21,761 bases of DNA from a bacterium (GCA_965233585.1 CBDDTI010000628.1:1-21761); one strand, 5' to 3'; shown: positions 1 to 10,291, numbered from the stretch's first letter. The notes: generated from the letters alone by a model not told the origin. Program-made: numbers and translations.

Positions 1-519
1 CTTTTTAAACCAATCGCAAGCGAGGAAATTGTAATTTTTATGATTAATGCTGATTTCCAGTCCGTATTGCGCACTCTCGAGAGTTTATTTACGACTTTTG
101 TTTTGCTTCAAGTAAGACGTCACAAAATGTAGCATTTCGCATCTACCTACATGAAGTAAATTCAAAGTTTCATGTCAACCGCCATTACCGATGCGAAGCT
201 TTATGCTTCATTCTTTCTGATATATCACTTGATAAAAACCTTCACGGCTGTAAAAATTAATGAAACTGTTGGGAAAATAATTTGAAAGGTCTCAAAGATA
301 AGGTATGAGATTCTTAACGAATAACATCGAATCGCATTCCATCGAGTGAGCCGTTTATAATGTTTATAAACACTTAATCTCGTTCCCAGATCTCTTGTGG
401 ACGAAGCCGAAGGCGAGATCTGGCCAAATCCATTTGCACCACGTGACCACCTGTCAGGAATGTGACAGGCGAGGCAAGTGCGCATGCCCAACATATTCGG
501 AGCAGTAAAGGCCGATTAA

Positions 520-1584
520 GGTGGCTCAATAGGGTTATGCAAGATCACGAAGCGCGCGCTAGTGACCTCAATCGAAAGTTAATATTCTCGTTCTTTTTTG
601 CTATTTTCCTAATCAAAGCTACTGAAACATAATAAACAAGGCCCAAAATTTACTGTTCAACAGTCACCTCTGATATCAAGGCTTTTAGTCTCAAATTAAA
701 ACTACTCAAACATCGCCATTTTTTGACGTCTGTTTGGCTTTGATTTCAAATTTCTTCAATTTCCTTCGGTAAAATTTTCTGATATGCTCAAACCAGGTAG
801 AGTCTGGCAAGAAGAAACTTTTAAAATCGAAAAAAGTAGGGGTTGTCAAGGTAGTTTTTTCGCTTTTAGCATTTTTTGTGTTTTTTGGTTAAGCGAAAAC
901 CTTGTCTTACAAATTTTTCTGATAAATTGAAAGCAAAGAAAGCTAATAAGGAATAACTTCTCTGCCAAATCTCAAGGAATTTCACCGAAGGAAATTCAAG
1001 AAATCTGATAAGGATTTTTCTATTTTTTCACCTCAATGGCAATAACGTCATCAGAATAGGAACTCGCCAAGATCGCTATGTGAGCATGCGCGAATTTTCG
1101 AACCACGCGGTTTTGTCGATGAGCGACTCGACAGTGGCGGTCTCATCAAAATACACACAAGACCTTTCCGTCCAAATCGTTTTCTTCACTTTAACTTGTA
1201 AATGGTGTCTCTGTTTCTACTTCTGGGCTGTAATTTGGAGCTATATTAGGGAGCTTTAGATTGGACTACGAGTACGAGATTGAGTGCGAGTACGAGTTTC
1301 GAATTTCAAACCAGTGACGTTTCCAGAGCCCTTGTTCTTCATGTTGGTTTTAGGTAGAGAGAGTGGCTCATGGGATGAAACTGGCATGTGTTGTGATAAT
1401 GTGAAGCCTGAAAACTGCAAATGAAAAGTCGTACTCGTACTCAATCTCGTACTCGTACTCAAATCTAAAGCTCCCTATTGTTGACTTGTTCGCTGCTTTG
1501 CATGAGCTTGCGTCCGCTAGCTCGCTCACATTACTAAAGCTCACGTCATCGGTGCGCGCGCTGTTGAAACCCTATGGAGACACC
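520..1584. mobile_element. Non-autonomous Kolobok-like element
   Basis: TTAA|GGTGGCTCAATAGGGTT ... AACCCTATGGAGACACC|TTAA; 17-bp TIR with 2 mismatches; TTAA at 516-519 and 1585-1588. Confidence 0.8.
1248..1476. mobile_element. MITE, PIF/Harbinger-related (PHIS-type)
   Basis: TIR AGGGAGCTTTAGATT ... AATCTAAAGCTCCCT; subterminal (GAGTAC)n / (GTACTC)n repeats; 3-bp ATT at 1245-1247 and 1477-1479. Confidence 0.8.
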
Positions 1585-1812
1585 TTAACACGGTACGACT
1601 TTGTCGCATACAACAAGCTTACGACAGGGCTACGACATTACTTAGGAATATTCGCTCGAATCTCTATATTTCGTTGCTTTCACGAAACCAAACAAACACA
1701 AAATGAGGTCGAAAGGTTTTTTCTACAACTTGGCCGGATTTGTTTTCGAATACTTTTGCGACAGTCGGATAATTTTAGCGACTTTTGCAAAGTTTTGTCT
1801 CAATTCGCTTTC

Positions 1813-2156
1813 GCAACATGATCGTACCGTTTTACACGTCATCCAGCGCGCGCGCGCGCTCAAGCTCCCCTCCATCTCTCACACAAGTTTTTTGACGTAA
1901 AACGTTTTTACAAAATCCTACCCCTTCTCCCAAATGTTATCGCCAAATCTCGCTAAAACGCTTCTGGTATTAGCTCCCAACATGTTGTTTTCGTGGGGAG
2001 ATTGGGCGACCTCGTACGCGCAAAAAAAGCTGCGAACAGGGGGAGGGGTTTGTAAAGTTTTGTTGTGTCAAAAAAACATGTGTGGGAGATGGAGGGGAGC
2101 TTGAGCGCGCGCTGGATGACGTGTTTGGGATTTAGGTAACGGTACGATCATGTTGC
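1813..2156. repeat. Foldback inverted repeat inside the 375-2407 element
   Basis: GCAACATGATCGTACCGTT (1813-1831) pairs with 2138-2156. ACACGTCATCCAGCGCGC..GCTCAAGCTCCCCTCCATCTC (from 1834) pairs with the segment ending at 2124. Imperfect arms of over 100 bp; no clear TSD. Confidence 0.75.
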
Positions 2157-2459
2157 AAAAGTTGTTCAATCCCGAATGGCAAATTACTTCCAAATGTTTC
2201 CTCCTCTCGTCTTTTCTTTTTCACTAACCGCGGAAATTTCCAGGTTAGAACCCGAGTTTGAAGAAAGTTTGCCGCGGAAAACCGCGTAAATTTTCAGAGG
2301 GAATTGGACAGGAGTCAAATGGAGCAGCCAATCAAAAGAAACAAATTTTCTTACTTTGCCAGATCTCGCCTTCGGCTTCGTCCACAAGAGATCTGGGAAC
2401 GAGATTAATAAACACTAGGGTTCTGAGACTGCGCAGTACGGACTGGAAATCATCTTTAA

Positions 2460-3295
2460 GGTGGCTTACTACAGTTTTGATGGAGTATAAGAGAACAACT
2501 TCAAACTCTTTTGAAAAAGGTTCCAAGCTGTTTTTCCCTTCACTATTTAATGTTTGCTTAAGTCTTTTACCATTCTATGTGAAATTTGAACAATTAAATG
2601 TCAACAAATGGCCAAAATGAGCGACCGAGCACCCAATGAGAGACTGGGCAATAGTAGGTTAAGTCACGTTTTTCTCAAAATCTACCCGTATAACCCCACT
2701 TCAAAATTTCAGGAATAAGAAATTGGGTCTGATTTAACATTCATGCAAAGTGAAATAAAAATCTGTAAGACAGATTTTTTGCAAATTAAGAGAATGTGAA
2801 ATCAAAAATAGCTCAAAATCTGTCTTACAGATTTTTTAAAAATTTTGGCACTAGACGTGATTAACCCCAACAAATCAACTGTGAAAATTTCATCATAGGT
2901 TGTACGGTAGGTTTTCGAGTAATCTTTGATCAAAGACAGGTTTTTACAACCTTGGACGAGAATTGAATTGCGCATGCCCTTTATTTAAGCGCGCGTTGAT
3001 GTGACGCCATGTATCGCGTGCGAGAAAGCAAGAGTAAATTGGAGCTCTTTTACAGGATGTTTACGAACTTCTTCTCCAGATTTTTTTAAGGCCTAGTCTT
3101 GAATACGTGTTTGACCAGAGTTTGCAACTATCGTTACATATACCAAAGCGATTTAACGCCGTTTAAGAGCTGAAGTGGTTTTCGTTACTTCTTGAGGCTA
3201 CTTGCGTCATTTTTGCACGCGCGACAAATGCTGACGTGTGGCAGGCTTTCGTAGCGCGCGCTAATCAAGTCTCGGAAAAACTGTAGTAAGCCACC
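2460..3295. mobile_element. Non-autonomous Kolobok-like element
   Basis: Perfect 19-bp TIR GGTGGCTTACTACAGTTTT / AAAACTGTAGTAAGCCACC; TTAA at 2456-2459 and 3296-3299. Confidence 0.88.
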
Positions 3296-3928
3296 TTAAG
3301 TCTGTAATCATACTGGTGATTAACAAATCGAGTTTCGTGGTCGTCCGATATCGTCAATCATTAACAATCATTTGATTACCCACTCCATTGGACTCCACTC
3401 TGTTCTATTAGCATTAAAAATTATCACAACTTTCATATTACTTATAGCATTTTAGAATGCGTATAAACCATGTCCTAACCGAGGGCAAAAAACACTGAAA
3501 GACAACTGCGCATATTCGTCTTAACTTACCATCAGAAAACACGTTTAAAGGGTTGGTTTTGGGAAAACATATCGTCGTATTATTAACAATTTCATCGGTA
3601 GAAATCTAGGCCGTATTAGGACTCACGTGCCCAAAAACTGACCCATAAGAATTAAAAACCAAACCGTCATGTAATCACAGCTTTAGATGCGTAACATCCT
3701 TTTTTCGAGCAATTTAAAACGTATGAATATGCCTTTAATTTGGCAATCTAATTCTTAAGTAGCAGTAGGTTTTTGAAAATCGCTGCGAAGGCTTCTTTAC
3801 TTTAATCAACTTCATGTCTCTTAATAGTGAAGATTTTCACTTACCACTGACAGAACCCAACTCTGAGTTTCTCTTGAGACTAATTATCGACTCGTATTGC
3901 CTATCCAGGGAAACATTCAATACGCTAG

Positions 3929-4096
3929 CGGAAACATGCGTTTTCTTTAAAGGAAACCCTACGGAAACATACAAAAAAGTGGTCCGGTTCCGTCGTAACC
4001 GCAGCCACGGAAACATGAATAAACCGCGTGTATCCGCTACCGGAAACACATGTTAGCCGTTGCGTTTCCGCAACGTTCTCACGTGTTTCCGCAACA
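3929..4096. repeat. Decayed small repeat with iterated CGGAAAC motifs
   Basis: CGGAAAC at 3929, 3962, 4008 and 4041, and inverted (GTTTCCG) at 4064 and 4085. Overlaps the last codons of the HEPN ORF. Confidence 0.5.
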
Positions 4097-4873
4097 TTTT
4101 AGTCTGCGGATTCTTGGCATTTCGTCCTGTGATTCCCTTAATGTAATATCTAACCAACCTAGTAGTTGAGACTGCTTAGCGACCTCTTCATGCATTTTTT
4201 GCTGGTCTTCTTTATGAGTTTTCAACTCTTCTTTAAGTTTCTCCACCTCAGATTTAACATCCATGTCTTGCTTGTACCACATGTTGAGTTCTTCATTATA
4301 CCTGTCCTCTTCTGGCGTTAGCGCATCAAGAAGAAATCCATCAATGGACTTTTTCCAGTCATCTTTCTTTTCATGACTTATGGCTGCAGCAATTCTTATC
4401 AGGGCCTCGCTTATTTTCCCCCAAAGGTCATTAAACTCAGTGTCAGTTATTTCCATCGTCTTGCTGTGGCCATATACTTCATTACGATAGTATTTGATAC
4501 GTACTAAATCTGCCTCAAGACTATGGTCTGAGCTGTTTGGTAAATCGTCCCATCCTCCAGGAGGAGGGATGAGGTTGCATATTGTCCTTAACAACTTGAA
4601 GATTAAAGTGATGTCAAAATCCGTCGATTTGCCATACACCCCTGGGGATGGGTAAAGGCAGTTCCACTCCGGTCGGGTAAGTCTTGCTCCCCTCAGCTGC
4701 GTCTCTATGGCAGGGTCACCAAGCCTCAAGGGAAGATCAGCCGGTGAGTGAATAGAATCAAATGTTTCCCTTACCAGCCTCAGTCCTCCGCACATCAAAA
4801 GTCGCGTCAACCGCTGAAAATTTGCTTTAGCACTGGTTGAACGTAACACCTCTTCTGCTGCGAGGGACGCCAT
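4079..4873 (-). CDS. DZIP3-like HEPN domain + coiled-coil protein (probably one coding exon, about 4873-4159, of a larger gene)
   Basis: 264-codon open frame. Motifs NFQRLTRLL..GG, W..LYP, STDFDITLIFKLLRTICNL.PP..GWD.LP...D.SLEADLVRIKYYRNEVYGH and EF..LW..IS.AL.R match the DZIP3-type HEPN family. R130-N131-x4-H136 is intact. A charged heptad-like stretch covers about aa 186-238. Candidate acceptor TTTTTTCTAG| at 4892 and candidate donor CTAG|GTTGGT at 4159/4158. Confidence 0.9.
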   Translation of the reverse strand: MASLAAEEVLRSTSAKANFQRLTRLLMCGGLRLVRETFDSIHSPADLPLRLGDPAIETQLRGARLTRPEWNCLYPSPGVYGKSTDFDITLIFKLLRTICNLIPPPGGWDDLPNSSDHSLEADLVRIKYYRNEVYGHSKTMEITDTEFNDLWGKISEALIRIAAAISHEKKDDWKKSIDGFLLDALTPEEDRYNEELNMWYKQDMDVKSEVEKLKEELKTHKEDQQKMHEEVAKQSQLLGWLDITLRESQDEMPRIRRLKCCGNT

Positions 4874-5981
4874 GTCATCAAATATTTGTTACTAGAAAAA
4901 ACCATTCAAGCAAAGATTTAAAAACTTTGACAAGAAATTTTGTTCCATTGCGTTTTCTGAACTAACGTTGTGTTATTTGACCTTATTTGTCAGGGGCCGT
5001 CACGCAAACGCTACGGAAGACAACTAACCTTACCGTGCAAATTTCTTTAGCTCTTAGGTTTTTAGAGTATTTTTTCTAGGTTTCCGCAGCATAACTTCAT
5101 GTCATCCAACACTATGTACCAAACACCTAAATCAAAGGAAATGAGATATTCCCTTTGCAATATTCAAAGAACCGTACATGTATAAGTTTTTAATATAAAT
5201 ACTAGTAGCCACGCTTCAGTTGTTTTTCTTCGTTGGCAAGCTGATTCCGTCTAAATTATGATTTGCGGTACAAGTCCTCATGCACAAGGATACAATGACA
5301 TTGTGTGTTCCATTGCACAATAAGAGCGTTTATACTAGCAAATAATAGACAGTATTGAATCTACTAGCTTTAGGTATGAGTATAAATTCTAAGGAGTGTT
5401 CGAAATAATTTGACATTTTCTTGAGGCGAGACGGGAGATGTTTTTAAACATTTCAGACACATTTAAAATTAAAAAGTTTACCTTAAGACATTGACAAGTT
5501 CTTCGATTCTTTTCCGCCGTTCTTCGAGCTGGAAACAACAAAGTACATGCAGTTTGTTATCTGTATAAGCATATATTTAATATTTTGCGATCGATAGAAA
5601 CATTCACAGTTATGAACAGATTGATCACGGTGTAAAACAACGTGGCACCTTTAAATGTGCAAATATCACACTTATATATATAAACATTTGTGCTTGTGTG
5701 AATGAAATATTGAGAGAGTGGATTGGCGTGATAAAGTATAGAGTATAAAAATATGTAGTTTATCTCACCTAGCCTTTGCATCACGAAATACCGTCAATAG
5801 AAAGCGAAGTAACGCAAAGGTTCACGGGATGGAGCAAGAAACAAATCTAGGCACGTAGGACGTGCAAAATACCCCAAAGTCAATATCGAAAACATTCGCA
5901 CAAACTGGAGTGAAGAACATGACAATAAAACGCATATTGGAAAAACAAATTATTTAACTTGACGTTTGGTATGTTTCGACA

Positions 5982-8077
5982 TTGCCAAGTTCCTAGGCCT
6001 CAATATTACGCCTCGGTCATTCGTTTCGGGTCACGTGGTCCGGGGCGAAAAGTGTGGCCTGGACAAAAATCTAGAAAGTGAGACAATTTGTCTCACTTTT
6101 TCACCGAGCCGATTTTCGTCTCGCGAGAAGGAATTCTCTGAGCATTTCTGGGAGAGGGACCGCAAAAGAAAAGCACTTCAGACTCCTCGCTTTTGGTTTA
6201 ATGTTTATTGATCAAGTTAAAAGGCCTGTGTGGATCCAAACGGACATTCATCGAGTCAGAAGCATCGTCTCCGCTTTCAAACTATTGTCTACGGCAAATA
6301 CTGATTACGCGAAATATTCAAGTTTCTATTACATGTAACCGTAGCGCTTGATCAAAGAAAACAAAAATATACCGAATTTCTTAAAATTCTGTTTTAAGAG
6401 TAAGCTAGAGTAGCTTTCTAAATTAATTATTTAACAAAATCTTGACCGCTAAGCCTATGAAAGAAACAAGAATTCACTTGCTGCGCTGTCTTGTAACCAA
6501 CAAGTTTACGGTAGATAATTACTTTGCGAAAATAAACTTAATTAACCTTGCATGTAGTTTCTCTACGTAAATCTCTGTACGAACCACTTAACCACAGGCT
6601 TATTTACTAAACAACGGCGTACTACAGCAACCGTTTCCAAAATTCTCTTTAATAAACAAAAAGCCAAGTTCTCCTTGCACTCAGAACACAAGGCAGCAAC
6701 AAAATTATTACTTTATCACGACCTACCTGAACTACGTGACAGACACAGATATTTCAACAGATTTGTAATGTCAAATCGAGGTCCAAATCCTTACAGGAGC
6801 GAAATATTTTTCCAGGTTTCGGTTCAAAAGAATCGGAACTATTTACATACATGTACAACATTCGCAATTCAGTGAAAAAAATTTGTTACAGGTCACAACC
6901 TGTTAGCAATCGAAACTTGATAAAATTGGTCGCTTAGGCTACCAGTTGAAGTACATGTCAAATAAAAACGTTTGTATGGCAACTGAGCATAATAATTTTC
7001 TAACCGTAATTTCTAAGGAAGATGCTCTTCTGTACCAAACTGCGGCAAACTTGCTAAAAGATGCAGTTTGCGATTCCACTCCTACGAGTTGCAATAATCA
7101 ACATCCTCTCCGACTGAGTTATTTGGTGAGAATGAATGAATTTGTCCAGATAGCAAAGTCGATCAGGTAATGAGCTCCTTCGGTTTCCTGATGTACGTAA
7201 AAGTTTACGAAAGGCCAGGAATATAATCCCCGAGTTCTAGCCAAAATCAACAAACATCTGCTGACCCCAAACGCATGCGCACTCTGTTTTTGTCTATACT
7301 CCGGGCCATTCTCGTTCCCAGAGCCTCCATTTCTTTTGGTCACGTAGTCGGCGAAACGGAGGGCTCTGGTAGCAGCAATTACCGGATGTCCGTAAATCAC
7401 GGACATCCGGTAACGCATGCGTAGTTTTTGCTCGCATATCTGCTCATGCTCAGAAACTAATCCTGAGGGGAGGGGAGAGAGGGATAGAGTGGCAGTGTTG
7501 ATACCTGGTTTCCTCTTGAGCTTTTCTTGAAGCAAGACAAATGTTTCTTGAAACCCACTGCCGATTCGAACTTAATTTTATGATTCAATGGGGTATGGTC
7601 AGCGACAAAGTAATCGTTTTGTCAGCTGGTGGAATCTCAGAGTTTTAAACGTTTCTTCTCACCTTCTCGGCTGCTACAACAAAAAACGATGATTACGGTC
7701 GAGAATGACATCGTTACAGGCGATGTACTACTTTGTTTACGTGGAAACTTTTACGATTCCTTCGGATCGATCAGAAATGGTCGCTATTTCTGCTTTTTTT
7801 TTCGTAAAGCGCGCCAGCGAATTGCCGCCACACCATCCGGGTCGGAAGTAAAATGGGATGCGTAGAGCTTTTTAATTTTCATTGCTGCTACGCAGCCATT
7901 TTTTGTCAGCCAATGAAAAAATTCGAATTTTTTGGTGCGACCAGGGCTACTCGTCAACGACATTCTAAGACGAGTAGCACTGGGGACGAGGATGACTCCG
8001 GGCCGTTCATCTGAGATACGTCACCGAAATCAATTGACCGTGAAGGCCTGGGAGAAAGCCGTACAGGAACTAGGCAA
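5982..8077. mobile_element. Non-autonomous TIR DNA transposon with 9-bp TSD (AcademH-like)
   Basis: Ends TTGCCAAGTTCCT / AGGAACTAGGCAA (12/13) plus patchy subterminal similarity. Perfect TSD GTTTCGACA at 5973-5981 and 8078-8086. Confidence 0.85.
7307..7994. mobile_element. Non-autonomous TIR DNA transposon with 9-bp TSD nested in 5982-8077
   Basis: Ends CATTCTCGTTCCCAG / CTGGGGACGAGGATG (13/15). Perfect TSD ACTCCGGGC at 7298-7306 and 7995-8003. Internal palindrome TACCGGATGTCCGT..ACGGACATCCGGTA at 7380-7412. Confidence 0.87.
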
Positions 8078-8090
8078 GTTTCGACATACA

Positions 8091-8498
8091 TTGCCTAGTT
8101 TCAAACCGTGAAGGACTAGGTACGAGTCTGTAAATTATGGGATTAGCAACCATTGATCCACATAGACAGAAAGAGCACACCGAGATTCACAAGATTCCCA
8201 AGTTTGGTGTTAATCAGGCTAGTTTTGACTGAGATACAGCGATTTAAAAAAGTCAAAATTAACAAAGAAATGTATGGCATCCGGACGCTGTGTCGGACAG
8301 CGTCCGGATGGCCATACATTTCTTTGTAAATTTTGACATTTTCAAACGGCTGTATCTTGCTTACGTTTGGGTCAATTTACACCAAACTTGGGGGTTTTGT
8401 TAAGCTTTGTCTGCACTTTATGACTCTGTGGATCAATAGTTGCTAATCCCATAATTTACAGACTCGTACCTAGTCCTTCACGGTTTGAAACTAGGCAA
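8091..8498. mobile_element. Fully palindromic 408-bp MITE with 4-bp TSD (Academ-like)
   Basis: Arms start TTGCCTAGTTTCAAACCGTGAAGGACTAGGTACGAGTCTGTAAATTATGGGATTAGCAAC and pair imperfectly all the way to the centre TCCGGACGCTGT..ACAGCGTCCGGA (about 8294). TACA at 8087-8090 and 8499-8502. Confidence 0.9.
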
Positions 8499-9707
8499 TA
8501 CATCTTCAGAAGGGGCGTATGGAAAACCAGGAAATCTGGAATCCGGAATCGGAAATCGGGGACCGGAACCGGAAGCGGAATCGGACAAATAAAGGAATGC
8601 TTCAACTTGGGAAGTATGATTGACATCAATACTCCTCCTCCCTTCTCTGCATTCCTCGCAAGATGGATCATGATACGCGGAGCCCTTTTAAGAAAAGGCA
8701 CGAGTACAAGAACATAGTAGTTATCATTCTTTTCTGTTAGATTGAGTTTAGGATGATGCTCTTATTAGACAAAACATATTTGCTTTTGTTTATAGGTCGC
8801 GACAACACCGGGGAATTGGTTGAAATGTGAGTACGTGTGAGAAATTTCTGGCTGCACAATTTGTGCAAAACCAAAGCGTTAACACAGTAGATATTGAATA
8901 TATTGATTGTTCGTGAATTTTTGACTGCCGGGAAAGTTTTTGAACAACTGTGCCCGTGAGTCGAGGTTTTTTTAGTACAATATACCGAAGCTAAAAGAAT
9001 TCATGCATAGCAAAAGCACAACATCCTTTAGAATCGCTTCACATTTCTTAACAAATATTGAATACTGTCACAGGGTTCCAACTTCAGTTTTTGTAGAAAT
9101 TTACCTATGAGAGGTGACAACGGAGTCAGAGTACGATTCTTTTTTTTGAGTGTCGAAACATCGAGATTTTCTAGTATGCCCAAGCTCGAAAACTTCCTCT
9201 ACCACAAAGCCAAAAATGCTTCCGTGACATTTCTAAATAAATATCTACAGTTTTAAGAAAAACTGGACTGATGAGTTTAGAACAGTTTTAGACTGCCAGG
9301 TATGTAGTGTTTTAAAAACACTTTTCGGCTGCCGGGTATCTGGACACAATGTTTTATTTAAATTTTAGTTTTGAGCTTATGGGTCGTCAAGCTTCGTTTT
9401 TGAATTGGCTTTGGAGTTCCTATTTATATATCAATGCTATAAAAACAATTATGATCGATTCTACATATTTTTAAAAGATTTGAGAATTTTTGACCCTTCG
9501 AAGTTTCTTCCCGTTACTCGGTCTCTCGTTCCTTCGTTACTCGTTACTTCCTTGATCTGTGTAGCAACACCCATAACAAACTCAAATTTTCACTCATACT
9601 ACCCATATTTCAAGCAATTGCCCGGTGTTGTCGCGACCCACAAACAAAAGCAAATGTAAGACACAAACAGCAGTGATAAACATGTTGAACTTGTACATTT
9701 TGATTAT

Positions 9708-9747
9708 GACTTGACGTTTCGTATGTACTCTACATACATTTTCAAAT
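9708..9747 (-). ncRNA. Minimal hammerhead-ribozyme-like motif (U3/A8 core variant) in the Penelope 3' region
   Basis: Minus strand TTGAAAA-T-GTATGTA-GAG-TACATAC-GAAA-CGTC: core boxes, perfect 7-bp stem II, palindromic ACGT in place of stem III, GUC cleavage triplet. Stem I is poorly paired. Confidence 0.55.
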
Positions 9748-10291
9748 TTAAAACAGCTATTTATATATAACAAAGGTGAGGGGACTGGAACCTAGATTAA
9801 GTAAATACTTAACAGTAAACTACAAAACTAGAACAGATTAATAAAGCATCAGCTTTTCACTTCCGACATTGACATTGAAAGCTGCCTCAAGTTCTTGAAT
9901 AAAATAAGGCCTCTTTTATTTTACAATGATAGTCTGTTTTGCTCTTCGCTAAAATATCAAAATGATCCCGCTTGACGTTATGTCCAGTGGCCTTGATGTG
10001 GTCGGCAATGGCTGAAGTATTGTCATTTTTAGCGAGGGCCTTTAAATGTTCGGTTTTTCTATCGTGAAGCCTTCGTTTAGTTTTACCAATGTAAAAACCA
10101 TTACAATCCCAGCAATTTGCTCTGTAAATAACTCCCGATTGTTGTGAACGATTACTACGGTTCTCATGTGTAAGAAAAGAAAGATTTTATGCATCGATTG
10201 CTCTGAAAAACGATGTTCAGGTTAACGCTAGTGTAGAATTTGTACACACAAGATTTCAGGCGTTTAGCGACTTGGTTGCTTTGCAAACCTA

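Larger units (their letters stand above)
375..2407. mobile_element. Non-autonomous TIR DNA transposon with 9-bp TSD (AcademH-like)
   Basis: Perfect 50-bp TIRs at 375-424 and 2358-2407 (TAATCTCGTTCCCAGATCTC...). TSD ATAAACACT at 366-374 and 2408-2416. Superfamily inferred from the 9-bp TSD and YR terminus. Confidence 0.88.
48..2455. mobile_element. Old non-autonomous Kolobok-like DNA transposon (outermost layer of a nest)
   Basis: Left end TGCTGATTTCCAGTCCGTATTGCGCACTCTC (48-78) matches the reverse complement of 2425-2455 at 27/31. TTAA lies at 44-47 and 2456-2459. A TTAA TSD with purine-purine (AG/GG) termini is typical of Kolobok. Confidence 0.7.

Noticed and set aside
1256..1462. CRISPR-like or coding repeats (GAGTAC)n; likewise 18582-18690 and 21260-21480
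   Set aside because: Short degenerate tandem or subterminal motifs without constant repeats and unique spacers; no cas genes; eukaryotic context.
225..2620. ORFs 225-494, 2258-2620 and 2332-2526, two of which share QISPSASSTRDLGTRL
   Set aside because: The shared peptide is just the 50-bp TIR read from each end; there are no protein motifs.
3297..3430. Degenerate hairpin repeat after the Kolobok-like element
   Set aside because: Too decayed to define ends or family from the sequence alone.
4079..4873. Naming the ORF DZIP3
   Set aside because: Only the HEPN domain type is shared. No RING or other DZIP3 regions are visible, so orthology is unsupported.
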